Shown here piece after piece: positions 1 to 13,562 of a DNA stretch of 64,000 bases. Position numbers and translations under genes: made by a program. The notes under the pieces are model-generated. The model worked only from the letters and a program-made list of their open reading frames with translations. It was not told the origin of the DNA and did not search any database. The number at the start of each line of letters is the position of its first letter. Position 1 is the first letter of the stretch. Source of the DNA: Octopus vulgaris (taxonomy: Eukaryota); the NCBI GenBank assembly GCA_951406725.2, contig OX597835.1, positions 2,790,001-2,854,000 of the forward strand. The letters run 5' to 3'.

Positions 1-118
1 AGAACTACGTTAAGGGTGCACGTGTCTGTGGAGTGCTCAGCCACTTACACGTTAATTTCAAGAGCAGGCTGTTCCGTTGATTTGGATCAACCGGAACCCT
101 CATCGTCGTAACCGATAG
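1..118 (+). mobile_element. 3' end of tRNA-derived SINE family C (cut by window start)
   Basis: Matches the reverse complement of the tail of the full copy at 59529-59910 (gtgtctgtggagtgctcagccacttacacgttaatttc...cgtcgtaaccga). Confidence 0.85.
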
Positions 119-388
119 GTTCCGTTCGTGAATTAGCAGATTCCTATATGCTTATTCTTAGAAACATCATAAAAGTAAACAGTTTGCAGCAAATTTGTAC
201 ATTACTATCGAGCGTCATGTTACAGAAGACAGCTATAGTAGAATAATGGAAACCAGGTAAAAAACACAACGTCGAGTGGTTTATGAAGGAAAGTGATTTG
301 TTACAAAAATACGTCCACACACCACATATACAAGCATGGACAAGGAAGGCCGTACACATACGTGTCAGACTAAAGGCCATCATAAAGC

Positions 389-431
<43 letters not shown>

Positions 432-474
432 ATATATATCTATAAAATAATATGTTACAGTTACTCAATAGTCA

Positions 475-537
475 AGATAAAACTCTGAGTTTGAGATGCA
501 GAAGTGGAAATCCACAACACCATCTCTTCGGTTATCT
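475..537 (-). ncRNA. Degenerate type I hammerhead ribozyme-like motif (Penelope pLTR)
   Basis: Minus strand: stem I agataa/ttatct, core CCGAAGA, stem II gatg/catc, TCAAA in place of GAAA, stem III region CTCAGAG, GTT site. Confidence 0.5.
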
Positions 538-1569
538 GGCCATCTGAAAAAACGCTATGAAAAAATACCGTTATATAAAGGGAAATTACTGTGTTATAAT
601 TCTGCTACTTATATAAAATAAGATTAAAATTTCATAGTAAACACGTAAACATGGCTAGTCATACGCTCACATGTGCGCTCGCGGACCCACGTGCGTAGTT
701 ATATGTCACTATGAAAACGTACACATCTTCACTCGCATTTTTCGCCAAATATATACGCATATATATATACAAACTCATACACACATGCGTACCGTAAAAG
801 TTCATATATACGCACAAGCACAAGAAAAACCATGGTTAAAGGTAACAGAAAAAAACATTAGGAAGTATACAAAGCATAAAAACCATGTTCATATACGGAC
901 ATGCCGTTATGCACTCATACACACACACGCCCATATATGTACATACCCGCACATGTTTATATATGCATACACACACGCATATACGAAAAATGAATATACA
1001 TATGCCCCCACCCCAAAAAAACCCCTAAAAAATGGAAAAATACTAAGTAAAAACGTCTATATATATATGCATTCTTATGCCCGCACACACGCACATTTCT
1101 AAAACTGCCCACTCATACATATTCACACACGTGTACAAATGAATCTATATACACATCTATATAGGCACAGGAAAAAATGCAGGATAGAAGAGTACAGAAA
1201 AAATTATTATGTGTGAAAATATAAAAATATATGAAATAATAAAAGGTATAATGAGATAAAAAAAACTTTTGGGGACATAATATAGAAAGCAATATATATA
1301 TATGTATATACATATATATATATATATGTATATATATATATTTATGTATATATATGTATTTTCTCTGGCATATACACATCGTCATTTCTTTGTACAAAAT
1401 TATACGCTTGTAAAATATTCGTAGTCATAACTATGAAATATATAGAAAGGAAAGAACTAGATATGTATTCTAGCAAATGGAATAGGCAGATTTCTGAAAC
1501 AGTAGTTGGTAGAATCGATTAGATCCTGTCAAGCCACGTTTAAAGAATGTTTTACTGAATTTAAGATTG

Positions 1570-1750
1570 CGTTTTGTAATCAGCTCAGTGTACTTGTATA
1601 TTAAACCTGGCCAGTAACCTGGTATTTGCAGCGCTTCTGTAGAACACAGGTTGCATTCTCTAGAACCCCACCGTTGTATGGAGAGATGGTTTGTTTAACG
1701 AGTCACGAAACTGAATGATATTCTTCATATTCATTTGAACATGGATGCGA
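1570..1750 (-). pseudogene. Penelope-like element GIY-YIG endonuclease C-terminal remnant
   Basis: Minus translation with frameshifts: PYNGG-SRECNLCSTEALQI...YTELITKR, resembling the PLE C-terminal CxLCxxEK...ELISKCRH motif. Confidence 0.6.
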
Positions 1751-1970
1751 ATATAGCTGAGGATTATCGGCAATACAATCAAAGTCTAAAAGGAAACAGT
1801 ATTTATTACGCATTGTGACGATCGTGAAACATTGCAAGAGGCACAAGTCTAAAAAACACTAAAACTTTTATCTAAAAAAATGGCCGTTACCTTGGCACCA
1901 ACATGATATATACATATACATACATATCTATAACCCTTTATACTTAAGTATGGCAAAATAGTTTCGTACG

Positions 1971-2019
<49 letters not shown>

Positions 2020-2034
2020 GTGTATATGTGTGTG

Positions 2035-2163
<129 letters not shown>

Positions 2164-2868
2164 CGTAAATACGTATACATATCGGAATAGAGTCGTAGCT
2201 GTTCATACCATTATCAACAGGATAGAAATTGCCTCCTCACCCATAACTACCGGTTATTTTCATTGTGTATTCTGTGTGCGTTCTTAATGTTGCAACGAAG
2301 AAAGTTATAAACTTGATGTTCGCGATTTTATGGCCATGTAGGACAGAATCTTAATGTATATATAGTTTTTTGCTAGTTTCTTTCGGTGTGAGCTTATTTT
2401 AGTCTGTTATAATGGCTCCATTTTGTAAGCCTATGCTCACAATGGAAGCATAGACATACGTGCAGACACATATATTACAAATAATACATACATATACACA
2501 CACATGCACATACACACATGTATATTATCGACATCATAAGTATTTTATAGACTTCCGAGTTAGCTTTTCTTTTTCAGATATTGCATATCGAAGTGCTTTG
2601 CTTAAAGCTACAAACAATAGCACGTGGATACTGGTTTACGAAAACCCATTTGGATGGTAAAATGTCGAAGGTCGCACGTAGGATACAAACCCAGACCTCC
2701 TGTAAAAATTACATATATATATGTGTGTACGTGTGTGTGTGTGTTTGAGTGTGTGTGTGTGCATGTGTGAGTGTGTGTTTGTATACATAAACCCACATAT
2801 ATAGGTATTATGCATATATACTAAAATCGCACAAACACACATATCCATATATATCTATGTATGTTGTA

Positions 2869-2927
<59 letters not shown>

Positions 2928-3196
2928 GTAGATAATGCTCAAACTGGTTCTTACCCAAGACTAGCGTTCTCAAAAGATATTATATTCTTGAAATGGTTTA
3001 ATGTTGCCTCGGAGGGCGACGACGCAAAATGAGATGATACAGGAAGAGGAAAGGAATTTTACTACAACGGCTATTCATAGAGGTTACTTTTACCTCAGAA
3101 ATATTACGGCAGCAAGTTACATTTGTTGAAAATATGTCACGTTAGCAAATCACCCACACATATATAAATATATATGATTATAAAAACAAACAAATG

Positions 3197-3231
<35 letters not shown>

Positions 3232-3488
3232 ATATTCAAAGGCCAAGACCGCTATATATATATAATATAATATAATATAATGATATATTAATAAACAGGA
3301 TTTATACGTGAGTAACAATAATATAATATGATATGATATATTAATAACGCTGATCGAACAAGATTGTGTAGGGAGCCGCTGAGTCTTTTGTCGTTCAAAA
3401 TGAATGAATATGGCTGGTCTCTGCTCAAAAAGCAAAACAAAACATAAACGAGACAGGGCGAGATAAAATACAAGCAATAACCCTTCAG

Positions 3489-3575
<87 letters not shown>

Positions 3576-3723
3576 CATATATATTTGCGTGTGTGTGTGT
3601 GTAAGCAAATACACACACACGTGCTCCTAAAAAGTAGTGTGTTGTTTCTGGACAAATATATTCCGGATAAAGTTCCCTGTATATGCCTGTGCGTGTGTTT
3701 GTTTGTGCGTGTGTGTGTGTGTA

Positions 3724-5262
3724 CCGAGCAATTGTTAAACAAAATGTAATGTCCGAGGTGCGGGGACAGAGGAGGAACCTAGTTTCGATGAGGCTGGTCT
3801 ACAAGAAATCCTTTGACTCTCTTCCGTACTCATGGATATGACAAGGCAGCGAGCTGGCAGAAACGTTAGCACGCCGGGCGAAATGCGCAGCCGTATTTCG
3901 TCTGCCGCTACGTTCTGAGTTCAAATTCCGCCGAGGTCGACTTTGCCTATTCAAATTCAAAGCTGGTTGACTCATCGTGGGCTTCCATTTTGAAGTTAAA
4001 TACAAGGAGTGGTTCTATTGTCACAAACAGAATATAGCATCGCAGAGGTGTATTCCCAGCAAACAACCTCTCTGTGACGCTGTTTATACTTCCAATCGCC
4101 ATTCATACCGAAGAAGACGAAAGCGTATCTCAGTAGTTCACAAAGAAGCAGAATTACCGAACTTACACACTGCTTCCTTGTTGATGACTTGAATATATTT
4201 GCGAAGAATATGCATGAGATGAAAAGATACTTGACCTGCTTACAGCATCCTCAAATGATACAGAGTTGGGGTTTGGTCAAGGTAGATGTTGGCATATGGT
4301 TCTGAAAAGAAGGAAAACCGTAAACTAGCCCAGCATCGTCTCCATCAATGACTTGACTGTTTCTCCTATATTTGTAGAGGAATGTTACAGGTACCTCGGG
4401 TAGATGAAAACATATCCCACGATGGTTCCTGTAACAAGACACGTGTCACTAAAGAATATTACACTCGGATAAGGAAAATGTGATCCTTGGAAATGTGCTT
4501 TCAATAAAACAGTGGCCCACAATATGTTTGCGGTGCCAGCATTCACACCAACATTTGGGCTGTATGTTTGGACGCTTGTCGAAATCTTAGCCATTGATAT
4601 GAAACACCCGGAAGATAATGAATGAACAGAACAAATAATTTTCACATCAACCGCCTCTACTTAAAATGAAATCAAGGTGGCAGAAGTTTAACATAGATTC
4701 AGACGGTTTTTGAATGCCGTATCATATCCCTTCGACATCTTTTAACCATCAATAGTCGAAATGCATCCTTTGAGCAAGCTTGCATACACGAGGAAGATAT
4801 CATGAGACTTGCAAAGCAGCTTCTCGACAAGCATTCCTTGTCTGATAATATTAAATGCATTCCCAAAGGAGTCGCATGACTCTACCGCAAAGGATCATCA
4901 GATAAATGGACGAGCGTTTATCAACAGAAGACCATGCACGGACATATGAGCGGTTGTCCAATAATGTCATGCTGTAGCCAAGGCACTCTATAATGAGATC
5001 CGTCGGTCGGATAACACTGACGGATTCCCAGTGATAACCTATATAAAATGTAAACACCATGGACTTGACATGGTGATTTTGGACAAAGAAAAGAAACTGT
5101 GTTCCGTTGTGGAAATCAGCTGCTCAGTGGATGTGAACGTAAAGCCAGAAATCAGCTTAAAAGAAAACACCTACGCGAACTATTGAGAATTCTACTGTTT
5201 TTGTACCCGTATTACAAGTTCGGTTTTATACCCGTAACTACTGGAGCACTCAGGTATGTAAC
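3724..5262 (+). mobile_element. Degenerate R4/Dong-like (RLE-type) non-LTR retrotransposon, RT plus restriction-like endonuclease
   Basis: Frameshifted motifs in the expected order: YKKSFDSLPYSWI, GVFPANNLSVTLFI, FLVDDLNIFA, YRYLG, KEYYTRIRK, HNMFAVPAFTPTFG, RLYLK*NQGGRSL, DMVILDKEKKLCSVVEISC, IPVTTGAL. Confidence 0.85.
3845..3948 (+). mobile_element. SINE family A 5' fragment inserted in the R4/Dong RT
   Basis: ggcagcgagctggcagaaacgttagc...gagttcaaattcc (A/B-box-like) interrupts the RT remnant. Confidence 0.85.
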
Positions 5263-5267
5263 ACACT

Positions 5268-5299
<32 letters not shown>

Positions 5300-5301
5300 C
5301 A

Positions 5302-5378
<77 letters not shown>

Positions 5379-6132
5379 GTATATCACTATTATTCTACTT
5401 GTATATGTATTTGTATATGCGGATCTTTTATTTATAACTATATATTTATTGAATGCATAAATGTAATATTATGTATAACTATGTGTGTATATATATAGAG
5501 ATGTATATCTGTGCATGTGCATCTCTAAAAACAATATATACGCGTATGTATATATGAGTACAGTCATGATTGTATTTGTGCCTTTATGTATATGTGTACC
5601 TATGCATATCTGTGTGTATGGATATATATGTGCATATACATCCGTACACAATGAGGTGCTGGGTGCTGGGTCTTTCAGTAGTCAAACTATTTCACTTGCA
5701 TACATCACGACAACAGATGATTGTACTAGTTCGCTGTTTGAAGTGGCTGATTCCGGGTGCTGACAGAATTTCCGTTCAGCATCTAGATGTAGTCGCCATT
5801 GATTCGATAACTGCATCTGGCCAAATAGTTCTGGTTACGATTTTAAACTGCATCTGGTAGTGGCAGTTTGGTTTATGAGTTCCAGGTTTTTGAAGCGAAT
5901 GAAACCACACCCCAGCCACAATTGTTGCAATTCTATTCTGACACGGAGTAGTAGTTCCCGTAAACTACGGGTTAAACAGCATAAGCCAAGACATATTGAA
6001 ATCATATGAAGAAGCATGGTTGCTGTGAACTATAACTAAATCATTTATAAGACGGTCTAGGTTTAAATGTCGTCCATTTTTATTGCATGTTTTACATAAT
6101 CATGTCATTGCTATAGAGTCCTTATTCTATAA

Positions 6133-6440
6133 GTTAGTTAGTTAGTTAATTTTTTGGCTCAAAAAGCAAAAAGCAAGGCCATGTAGGGAGACATGGAGTT
6201 ATGTACAGGGTGGTGTTCATGTAAAGAGTTCAGGCCACTTGAAGTCAAGGGAGACTTTGAACCGAGCGGTCGTCGGCATCTTCACCATCTCGTCTGGCAG
6301 CTTATTCCACGGATCCGCAACCCGGACGGAGAAAGCCCCTCTCCTTCGATTGAGATGAAATCGTCGCAGATAGAGCTTTTCGGAATGACCCCGCAGCCGA
6401 CGCTCTGGAGCAGGAGTGAAGAACAGCTCTTTCGAGAGGT
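6133..6440 (-). mobile_element. CR1-like LINE 3' end
   Basis: Minus translation RLRGHSEKLYLRRFHLNRRRGAFSVRVADPWNKLPDEMV...FKVSLD followed by a (TAAC)n tail. Confidence 0.85.
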
Positions 6441-6669
6441 TACACTTTCCGCTTATGGTGTTATATTGCCTAAAATAAATAGTCCTATGTGATTGGAGAT
6501 TTCTACTCCATCATAGAAGCCTATCCGAGCATCGAAATGTTCCGAATGTTTACGTTTTCCCCAGAAAAGTATCGTAATGTCCGTTGTTTTTAACTAGTTT
6601 TATAAGTTCAAATGCAGGAAACACTTGGCCTTTGAGTCTCTGTAACTTCTCCCGTTTAATAATAATTTC

Positions 6670-7040
6670 AAAATTAGCCAGCAATTACAGGGAGGGTGTA
6701 ACTCGATGACATCGACCCCACTATATAACTGGTATTTATTTTATCGATCCCTAAAGGATGAAATATAAAGTCGACCTCGGCGGGATTTGAAGTGTCACTA
6801 AGAATTTTGCCCGGAGTACTGACGATTGTACCAGCTAGTTGCCTTCCTACTGGTTAATAGTGGCTTCAAATGTTGATACTAGGCCAGCAAATTTCTTGAG
6901 GAGGGGATAACGTTCATCTGGTACTTATTTTATCGGCTTCCAATAGGATGAACCGCAAAGTCAACGAAGGTGCGATTTGAACTAGGAACGTAAAAACGGA
7001 TTAAATAACGTGCTCGCGATTCTACCACTTCACCGCATTT
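6670..7040 (-). mobile_element. Two degenerate SINE family A copies
   Basis: ctggtatttattttatcgatccctaaaggatgaaa...gtcgacctcggcgggatttgaa motifs, present twice. Confidence 0.65.
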
Positions 7041-7735
7041 CCATTGATTAGTAATAAAAGTTATCTGCGTACACACACACACACATACACACACAATATA
7101 TTTTTCGTCTAATTCACCTCGAGTCGAAATCCAGTGAGTGATTGTGAGTTTTGTCTTTCATCTTTCAATGAAATAATGTTATCTTAGCCTGTGCCTATTG
7201 CCAAAAGGATTATTATTGATATTGTTTCGAGAGAAGAGACTTAACCCATTAAGTCCCACTGTCCTATAAACATTAAATAAGCTATATCACATTGTCTCAG
7301 TGTCCTATTTATAGGACACCGGATATTTCCATTTCTACTTGAAGTAAAGGAGTTTTAATAATTTCTTTTTCATTTTAATCTATTTCCAATCATCTGTAAA
7401 AATATAAAAGTAATATTCAGAAATTCAAGTACTCTGGGACTTAATGAGTTAATCAAGGACGTCGAACCCGTTATATAACTGGGACTTTATTAATCCACCA
7501 CGAAAAGATGAAAAACAAAATTGACATCGATGTGATTTGAACTCAGAACGTTAATACTCATAGTAAATACCATAAATAATTTTGTTATAGACTGCTTAAT
7601 AATTTTATCAAACCACCACTCGAAATAATTATTTCTCATATAGACAGAAGCACAGAAGTTTGGTGAGAGTAGATACTCAATGAAATCGACCAAGAACACT
7701 TCACTGTTATTTTATTTTAAATAAATAAAATAAAT

Positions 7736-7986
7736 AAATGCGCCCTTTTAAAGCCTAGCCAGGCTCGTGGGCCCGGTTTCCCGGTTTCAATGGCGTATGT
7801 GTTCCCCAGCTGGACGGGACGCCAGTCCATCGCAGCGTTACTCATTTTTGCCAGCTGAGTGAACTGGAGTAACGTGAAATGAAGTGTTTTGCTCAAGAAC
7901 ACAACGCGTCGCCCGGTCCAGGAATCGAAACCTCAATCTTACGATCATGATGCTGACACCCTCACCACTAAGCCACGCGTCTCCAC
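7736..7986 (-). mobile_element. tRNA-derived SINE family D (V-domain-like)
   Basis: Minus head gtggcttagtgg...ggtttcgattcc; body gcgatggactggcgtcccgtccag resembles the V-SINE domain; (TTTA)n tail. Confidence 0.75.
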
Positions 7987-8379
7987 TTACTTTATTTTAC
8001 CAACACCAAAGAAGCGAAGAGCAATGTTGTCTTCAGCGGGATTTTGTATTCAATATATAGAGACGGCGAAATAATTCCATTAGAATAAAACGCTATAATA
8101 TTCGTAATATTATTCATGTGATTTGTAATATTATTTATTACTCTGAAGGTCCTGAATTTAAATACAGTAGGGGTCAGCTCTGAATTTCATCCGTTTTGTG
8201 TCGATAAAATAAAGTACCAATCAAAGAAAAAGTATTCCATTAATATGTCGAAGGTCGACCTATTGAGTTAAGTTTAAGCTGTCGCTCTTCTCCATAACCA
8301 TTTTGGCTCCCGATGAATGTGATGACTTCGCGTCAAGGAAAACAATCGATATGCTTTGAATGTCATATTATATTGGAAG

Positions 8380-8645
8380 GAGAAGGAAAAGAAGAAGAGA
8401 AACCGGAAGACGATGATGATGAGGAAATCGGGAAGAAGAAGTGGATGTAAAAAGAAGAAAAAGTAGAGCACGAAAATTAGTATAAGAAGAAGGAACGAAG
8501 GATGCAGAAGAAGAAAGGAAAGTAAAGGCACAAAGAAAACAATGAGGAGAGAAGAAGAAAGGAAGATGATGATGAAGAAGAAGAAGAAGAAGAAGAAGAA
8601 GAAGAAGAAGAAGAAGAAGAAGAAGAAGAAGAAGAAGAAGAAGAA
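8380..8645. repeat. Purine-rich tract with (GAA)n
   Basis: Direct reading. Confidence 0.95.
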
Positions 8646-8980
8646 ATGAATTAAACAAACAGAAAATGGAGATTTGCTATTTGATCTGTTACAGTAATTT
8701 ATCTTTGAAACAAAAAAGCGGAAATATGCTTTGTCATACTTTAGAGAAAAAAATGGTTGCTTAACAAAATCGTTTGAGCGTCAAACAAAAGACATGTTTG
8801 CGATATCTGCTTCGGTTTCTCGCTTTCTTGAGTTCAAATCTCGTCGAAGTCAACCTTACCTTTCATGGTTACAGGATTGGTAACTCAACTTGCTGTAAAG
8901 TACTGGTAGCAGTTGTTCTTTCCCATTCCCTCTTCATCGACAGCCAAAGTGCCGCCAAAGGGTGTCGTGGACCCACTTAC

Positions 8981-9155
8981 TGTTGACATTTTTCTCCAAG
9001 AAACGGATCAGGGTTGAATGGGTAGTTAGCACCTTACTTGCATTTGCATGCGATAGAAGCGCCCAGAGCCCAGCCATGCAATTTGGACATAGTGCACACC
9101 AAACAACGATGAAAAATCTAAAAACTAATTGCATAGGGAATTCGGCTGGGAACAT
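8981..9155 (-). CDS. Candidate first coding exon of a secreted or membrane protein (exon 9165-8981)
   Basis: Acceptor gctttcgttttag and donor ACA|gtaagt; ATG at 9155 gives MFPAEFPMQLVFRFFIVVWCALCPNCMAGLWALLSHANASKVLTTHSTLIRFLEKNVN with a phase-1 intron; hydrophobic signal-like N-terminus; non-repetitive sequence. Confidence 0.45.
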
Positions 9156-9974
9156 TTTCCTCAAACTAAAACGAAAGCACACATACATATAAACACATAT
9201 ATGTAAGTATAGAATCTTAGAAGCTGAAGCGTCTCTGCTGTTCATGGGTCCTGTTACTCAAATTATAGAATTTGGGGAGCAAATTGAAATATCGATCATT
9301 TCGCGTTATACTGTTGGCTGCTCAAATTTCGATATGTTTAGATATATGTCTGTGAGAATGCATGCGTGAGCTATGTGTGCATGGGCGCGCATGTATGTTT
9401 GTGTGTCTGTGTGTGTATTTATTTTAGGCGATTGGCCAAAATACGGAATGATGAGAAGTTGGGGATTTATATTAGCTGATCGAAATACGTGCACATAATC
9501 ATATAATCAGACAAGTATACAAAATTACCATTGCTAATGTCAGAAGAGTATAAAGAGGAGGAGGAAGAGGAAAGAGTGGTAGAGGCTGTAAACAAAGGTT
9601 TATCGCTAGCTCTTACAAATATTACTTGGTATCTACGCTTACGACCGACAAGTCTCACAACTTTTCCATTACACTTCATGATCATGCCTTAAAATCACGG
9701 CCTCACAATTCGTATCCCGAAAGCAATTTTTCCCAGCAGCTGTCCGAGATCCACAAGGGATACTTGATTACGCAAAATTATCTTTTAATTTAGAGTAGCC
9801 CTCCAATATACTGTGCTCTACTTTGGCCCATTGTTTCTGAGATGAGTGGTAAAGTTCCATAAACTTGTATAGGTACGAGGGAATGTGGGAAAAGTAAAAT
9901 GAAATAAAGATGTAATCAGAGATACGGTCAACCACCAAGTTTAACTTGTCCAGTAATATTTAAATATTATATTA

Positions 9975-10343
9975 TCTCTATATATAAACGGCAGTTTGTC
10001 TGTGCGTGTTTCTGTGTGTCTGTTTGCTTGTACCCTCACCCTGACCACGGCTTTCAACCGATTCTGATGAAACTTGACACACACATAGCCCAATGTCATA
10101 ATTCAAAACTAACGCAGCGAAAATTTTGCAAAGTTCCCCCAGTTCTGAAAAAAATCGATAAAATCGACATGGGGTCGAGAATCAGAAACAAACCACAGAC
10201 TGTCTAGGGGACGCAACTCAACCTTTTTTAACTCAAAAAAAAAATTACCATAATTTTTTTGCTATTTTTTGGCTATAACTCTCTAAAAATGCTTTATAGT
10301 TATTTCCCTTACAAACCTGAGCAATGCCGGGCGATACTGCTAG
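9975..10343 (+). mobile_element. Non-autonomous Helitron
   Basis: a|TC start and CTAG|t end, subterminal GC-rich imperfect hairpin cctgagcaatgccggg, 5' (gtct)-like tract and aaccgattctgatgaaactt motif. Confidence 0.75.
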
Positions 10344-11093
10344 TTTAAAAATAAATTGGGTGAGGTTTTCCTTGGTAAGGGTGAAATAAACATCGGTCAT
10401 ACTGTAGAATACTTCCACCGTGTACCACTTCAATACGGCAGGCTTCAAAAATGTTTTCTATCTCAGATGCATCTATCTACAGCTTTATTTAGCATCAAGT
10501 AACATAAGAAAATTTTATTTCTAAATGGCTCAAAATTTATGTGAGGTTAATATAAGTGCATAACTATTGAGTGTTTGTATAAACTGATCGACATACATTT
10601 TTGAAGCCTGCTGAATGGAAGTGGTTGGTACCTGGTGGAATCAGTTAACAGTACGACTGATGTTTATTACGAAGGAAAAGCTCAGCAATTTATATTAAAT
10701 TCTTCTGTAAAAAAGATTTAAACGTTACACGTCGTTGACTCACTGACGACCAATACACATTAGTTTAGGAAACTTTCATTCTGTAACGAGACTACTTTGA
10801 TGTTGTCGGTTTTATCAACAAGTTTATTTGTCCAATATGGGGTTATAAAACCTTTCACGAAACACTTGGCGGCTCCTTTCAATGGTTGAAACTTACTTGG
10901 ATTAAGTATCTTTTTCTTGCCTGCTTTTCAGCAACACATTGCAAAGAATATCTACTTCGAGCTCTTCAGAAATGCTTTGGCATCCGATCCCCGGCACGAT
11001 GGTGCATTTCTACGGCAATTCCTTCATATCCAACTTGCTCGACGTTGGCGAAGTAGACATGTATTAAGATTTTGGCGCTTTGAAAGCTCTGAT

Positions 11094-11163
<70 letters not shown>

Positions 11164-12377
11164 AATGTCTGTGTCTGCCTGTAGTATTCGTCATAAGGTC
11201 CCTTATGATGTGTATACAGTTTTCTTTTACCATATTGAACGAAAAAAAAAATATATAGTAGTATATTTTTCGTTTGGTTTCCCCATAAAATACTCTTAAA
11301 AACAGAATGTTCATAGTGCAGAGAATATAGACGCTATCTTAAAAAATGGTAAATATTATTGTTGTTATTATTATTAAAAATAGTTAACAGTTATCTGTTC
11401 GTCTCGTGTCTGAATCGGCTCACACACTCCGATTTTTCAAGTCCGGCTTTTAACTAAGAGCCGGACTTAGAACAATCGGAACGTGTTGACCCGTGAGATG
11501 CGTTCATCTGTGCTCAGTATATTCTGACGTCTGATGTCTGATGTGCAGCAAGAACACAACGGCTTGTTGGAAATTTGGTCGATTATTTTCGGCGAAGCTT
11601 CATTCTGAATAAATAACATCAATCCGCGGTTGTGATATTTTCCTCTTCCTTTTTGTCCTTGGACTTTTCGTTTATTTATTTGCTACAGTCTGACATACTC
11701 TTGGATCGTATCTGCTACAAGATCATCCAAATGTAAGATTTATGTTATTCACTTTGGAAAATTTATCTCTCGAAAATGAAGAAAATATTCTTACCTATTA
11801 AATAGAAGAAAAGTGTATTTTAAATCTTCCAGTCAATGCAGGTAACGGCTTTAAGCTTCGTTCATTTCCCCTAGCGCCCTTTTCTATGCTGTCATACTGT
11901 TTGTGATTTTCTGCACTTGTTGATTTTCTGTCTGCGCCACCATCAAGACTACCGCCGGTGAGGTTAGTACTATGTGTGGTACACTTCTTGTAACTGTTAA
12001 TAGCGAGGTTTCATTCGGCGTTGTGTATATCGTGGATCGACGTATATGACTCTTAACCTACACGGTAGGGCAGGGCATTCTTCCGCTTAATCTGATCTCA
12101 CAAAGACATATCACGTGAGAGAGCTACGAGATCGCAGCGCTGGTTGCTTAGAGAAGACGTTAGTTTTTTAATGAATAAAATATTTAAGTCAGTAAAATAT
12201 ATTTCAAACATGCTTGCAAAAATGCCTTTGTCGGAATCCAATATAAAGAGCAGAAAATAGGTGTTAAAAGTGAGCAGAAACTATGCTTGACGATGTGCCG
12301 AGATCCAATATAATTTCCTTAAATAAATACTCACCGTCGTTAGTATTTTCTATAAAAAAAATTAATATATGGACACT

Positions 12378-12590
12378 GTGAGGGCGAACTGGCATAATCG
12401 TTTACACGTCAGGCAAAATTCTGAGCAAAATCTCATCTGTCTTGACGTTCTGGGTTCAAATGCCGCCTGGGTCTACTTTCCATTTCATACTTTCGGGTTC
12501 GATAAATAAGTGATAGTTGAGTACGGGGGCGTCGATGCAGTCGACTCAGTCCCTCCGCCAAATTGCTGGACATGTGCCAAAATTTGAAAC
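12378..12590 (+). mobile_element. Degenerate SINE family A
   Basis: ggcgaactggcataatcgtt...gggttcaaat...cgataaataagt. Confidence 0.6.
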
Positions 12591-12987
12591 CAGTATATGG
12601 ACGCTTTTTCGTGTAAATTCCTGAGAGATGGGCAAGTGGTATGTAAGATATCATATGAAAATATTGGTGATAAGCTACTCTGTCAAATTAGCTTCCCTTA
12701 CATCAAAATACTCAACTGTTGTTGCTTGTAAAGATGAGGGAAAGGCATTGTCGACTGACACTACGTGACAAGTTGGTCTTTCTACTGATTACATTCTTGT
12801 TGCATTTGATCTGCAATATTATTCAGTTATATTTTTTATCGCACGGAACTGAATAGCAGCCACAATTGTTATTCATGTGACGGATGAAATATGGAATGAA
12901 ATAAAAGACAACCTATTATAGACACAACATTTGCATCAACTCTATTGTTCTGTGAGACGATTGGGAAATAAATATTTTAAATTAAGC

Positions 12988-13041
<54 letters not shown>

Positions 13042-13274
13042 AAAGGTATGAAGAATGGGATTTCTACATTTATTTGTGCATTAGAGATTTACGACTGTTT
13101 CTGATATGCATTTTGGGTGCGTTCATCGTTTGGTTTACTGAGCGGGTCGATTAAGAACATTGTGAACGACTGTTGAGGTAATGAGCAAAGAAAGACAACA
13201 AAACGAGAGGGTACACACACACACACACACACATATATATGTGTATGTGTGTGTGCGTTTTTTGTTTGTCTCTT

Positions 13275-13562
13275 CTCGAGCTATCCCTGGCTCATAAGGG
13301 CCGGTTTCCCGGTTTCCTTGGTGTATAGGTACCTCACCTGGAAGGGACGTAAGTCCGTCGCAGGTGATCTGCAAGAAGCAGGAGGAAAGAGTGAGAGAAA
13401 GTTGTGGCGAAAGAGTCAGCAGAAGTTCACCATTACCTTCTACCGGAGCCGCGATGAACTTAGGTGTTTCGCTCATAAAGACGTACATCGCCCGGTCTGA
13501 GATTCGAACCCGCAATCCCTCAACCGCAAGTCCGCTACTCTAACCACTAGGCTATGTGCCGC
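13275..13562 (-). mobile_element. SINE with family C head and family D-like tail
   Basis: gagtgagagaaagttgtggcgaaagagt body plus ccggtttcccggtttc tail shared with 7736-7986. Confidence 0.75.

Noticed and set aside
10897-11088. Minus-strand segment ending at a gtaagt donor
   Set aside because: Stops in all three frames and a weak acceptor
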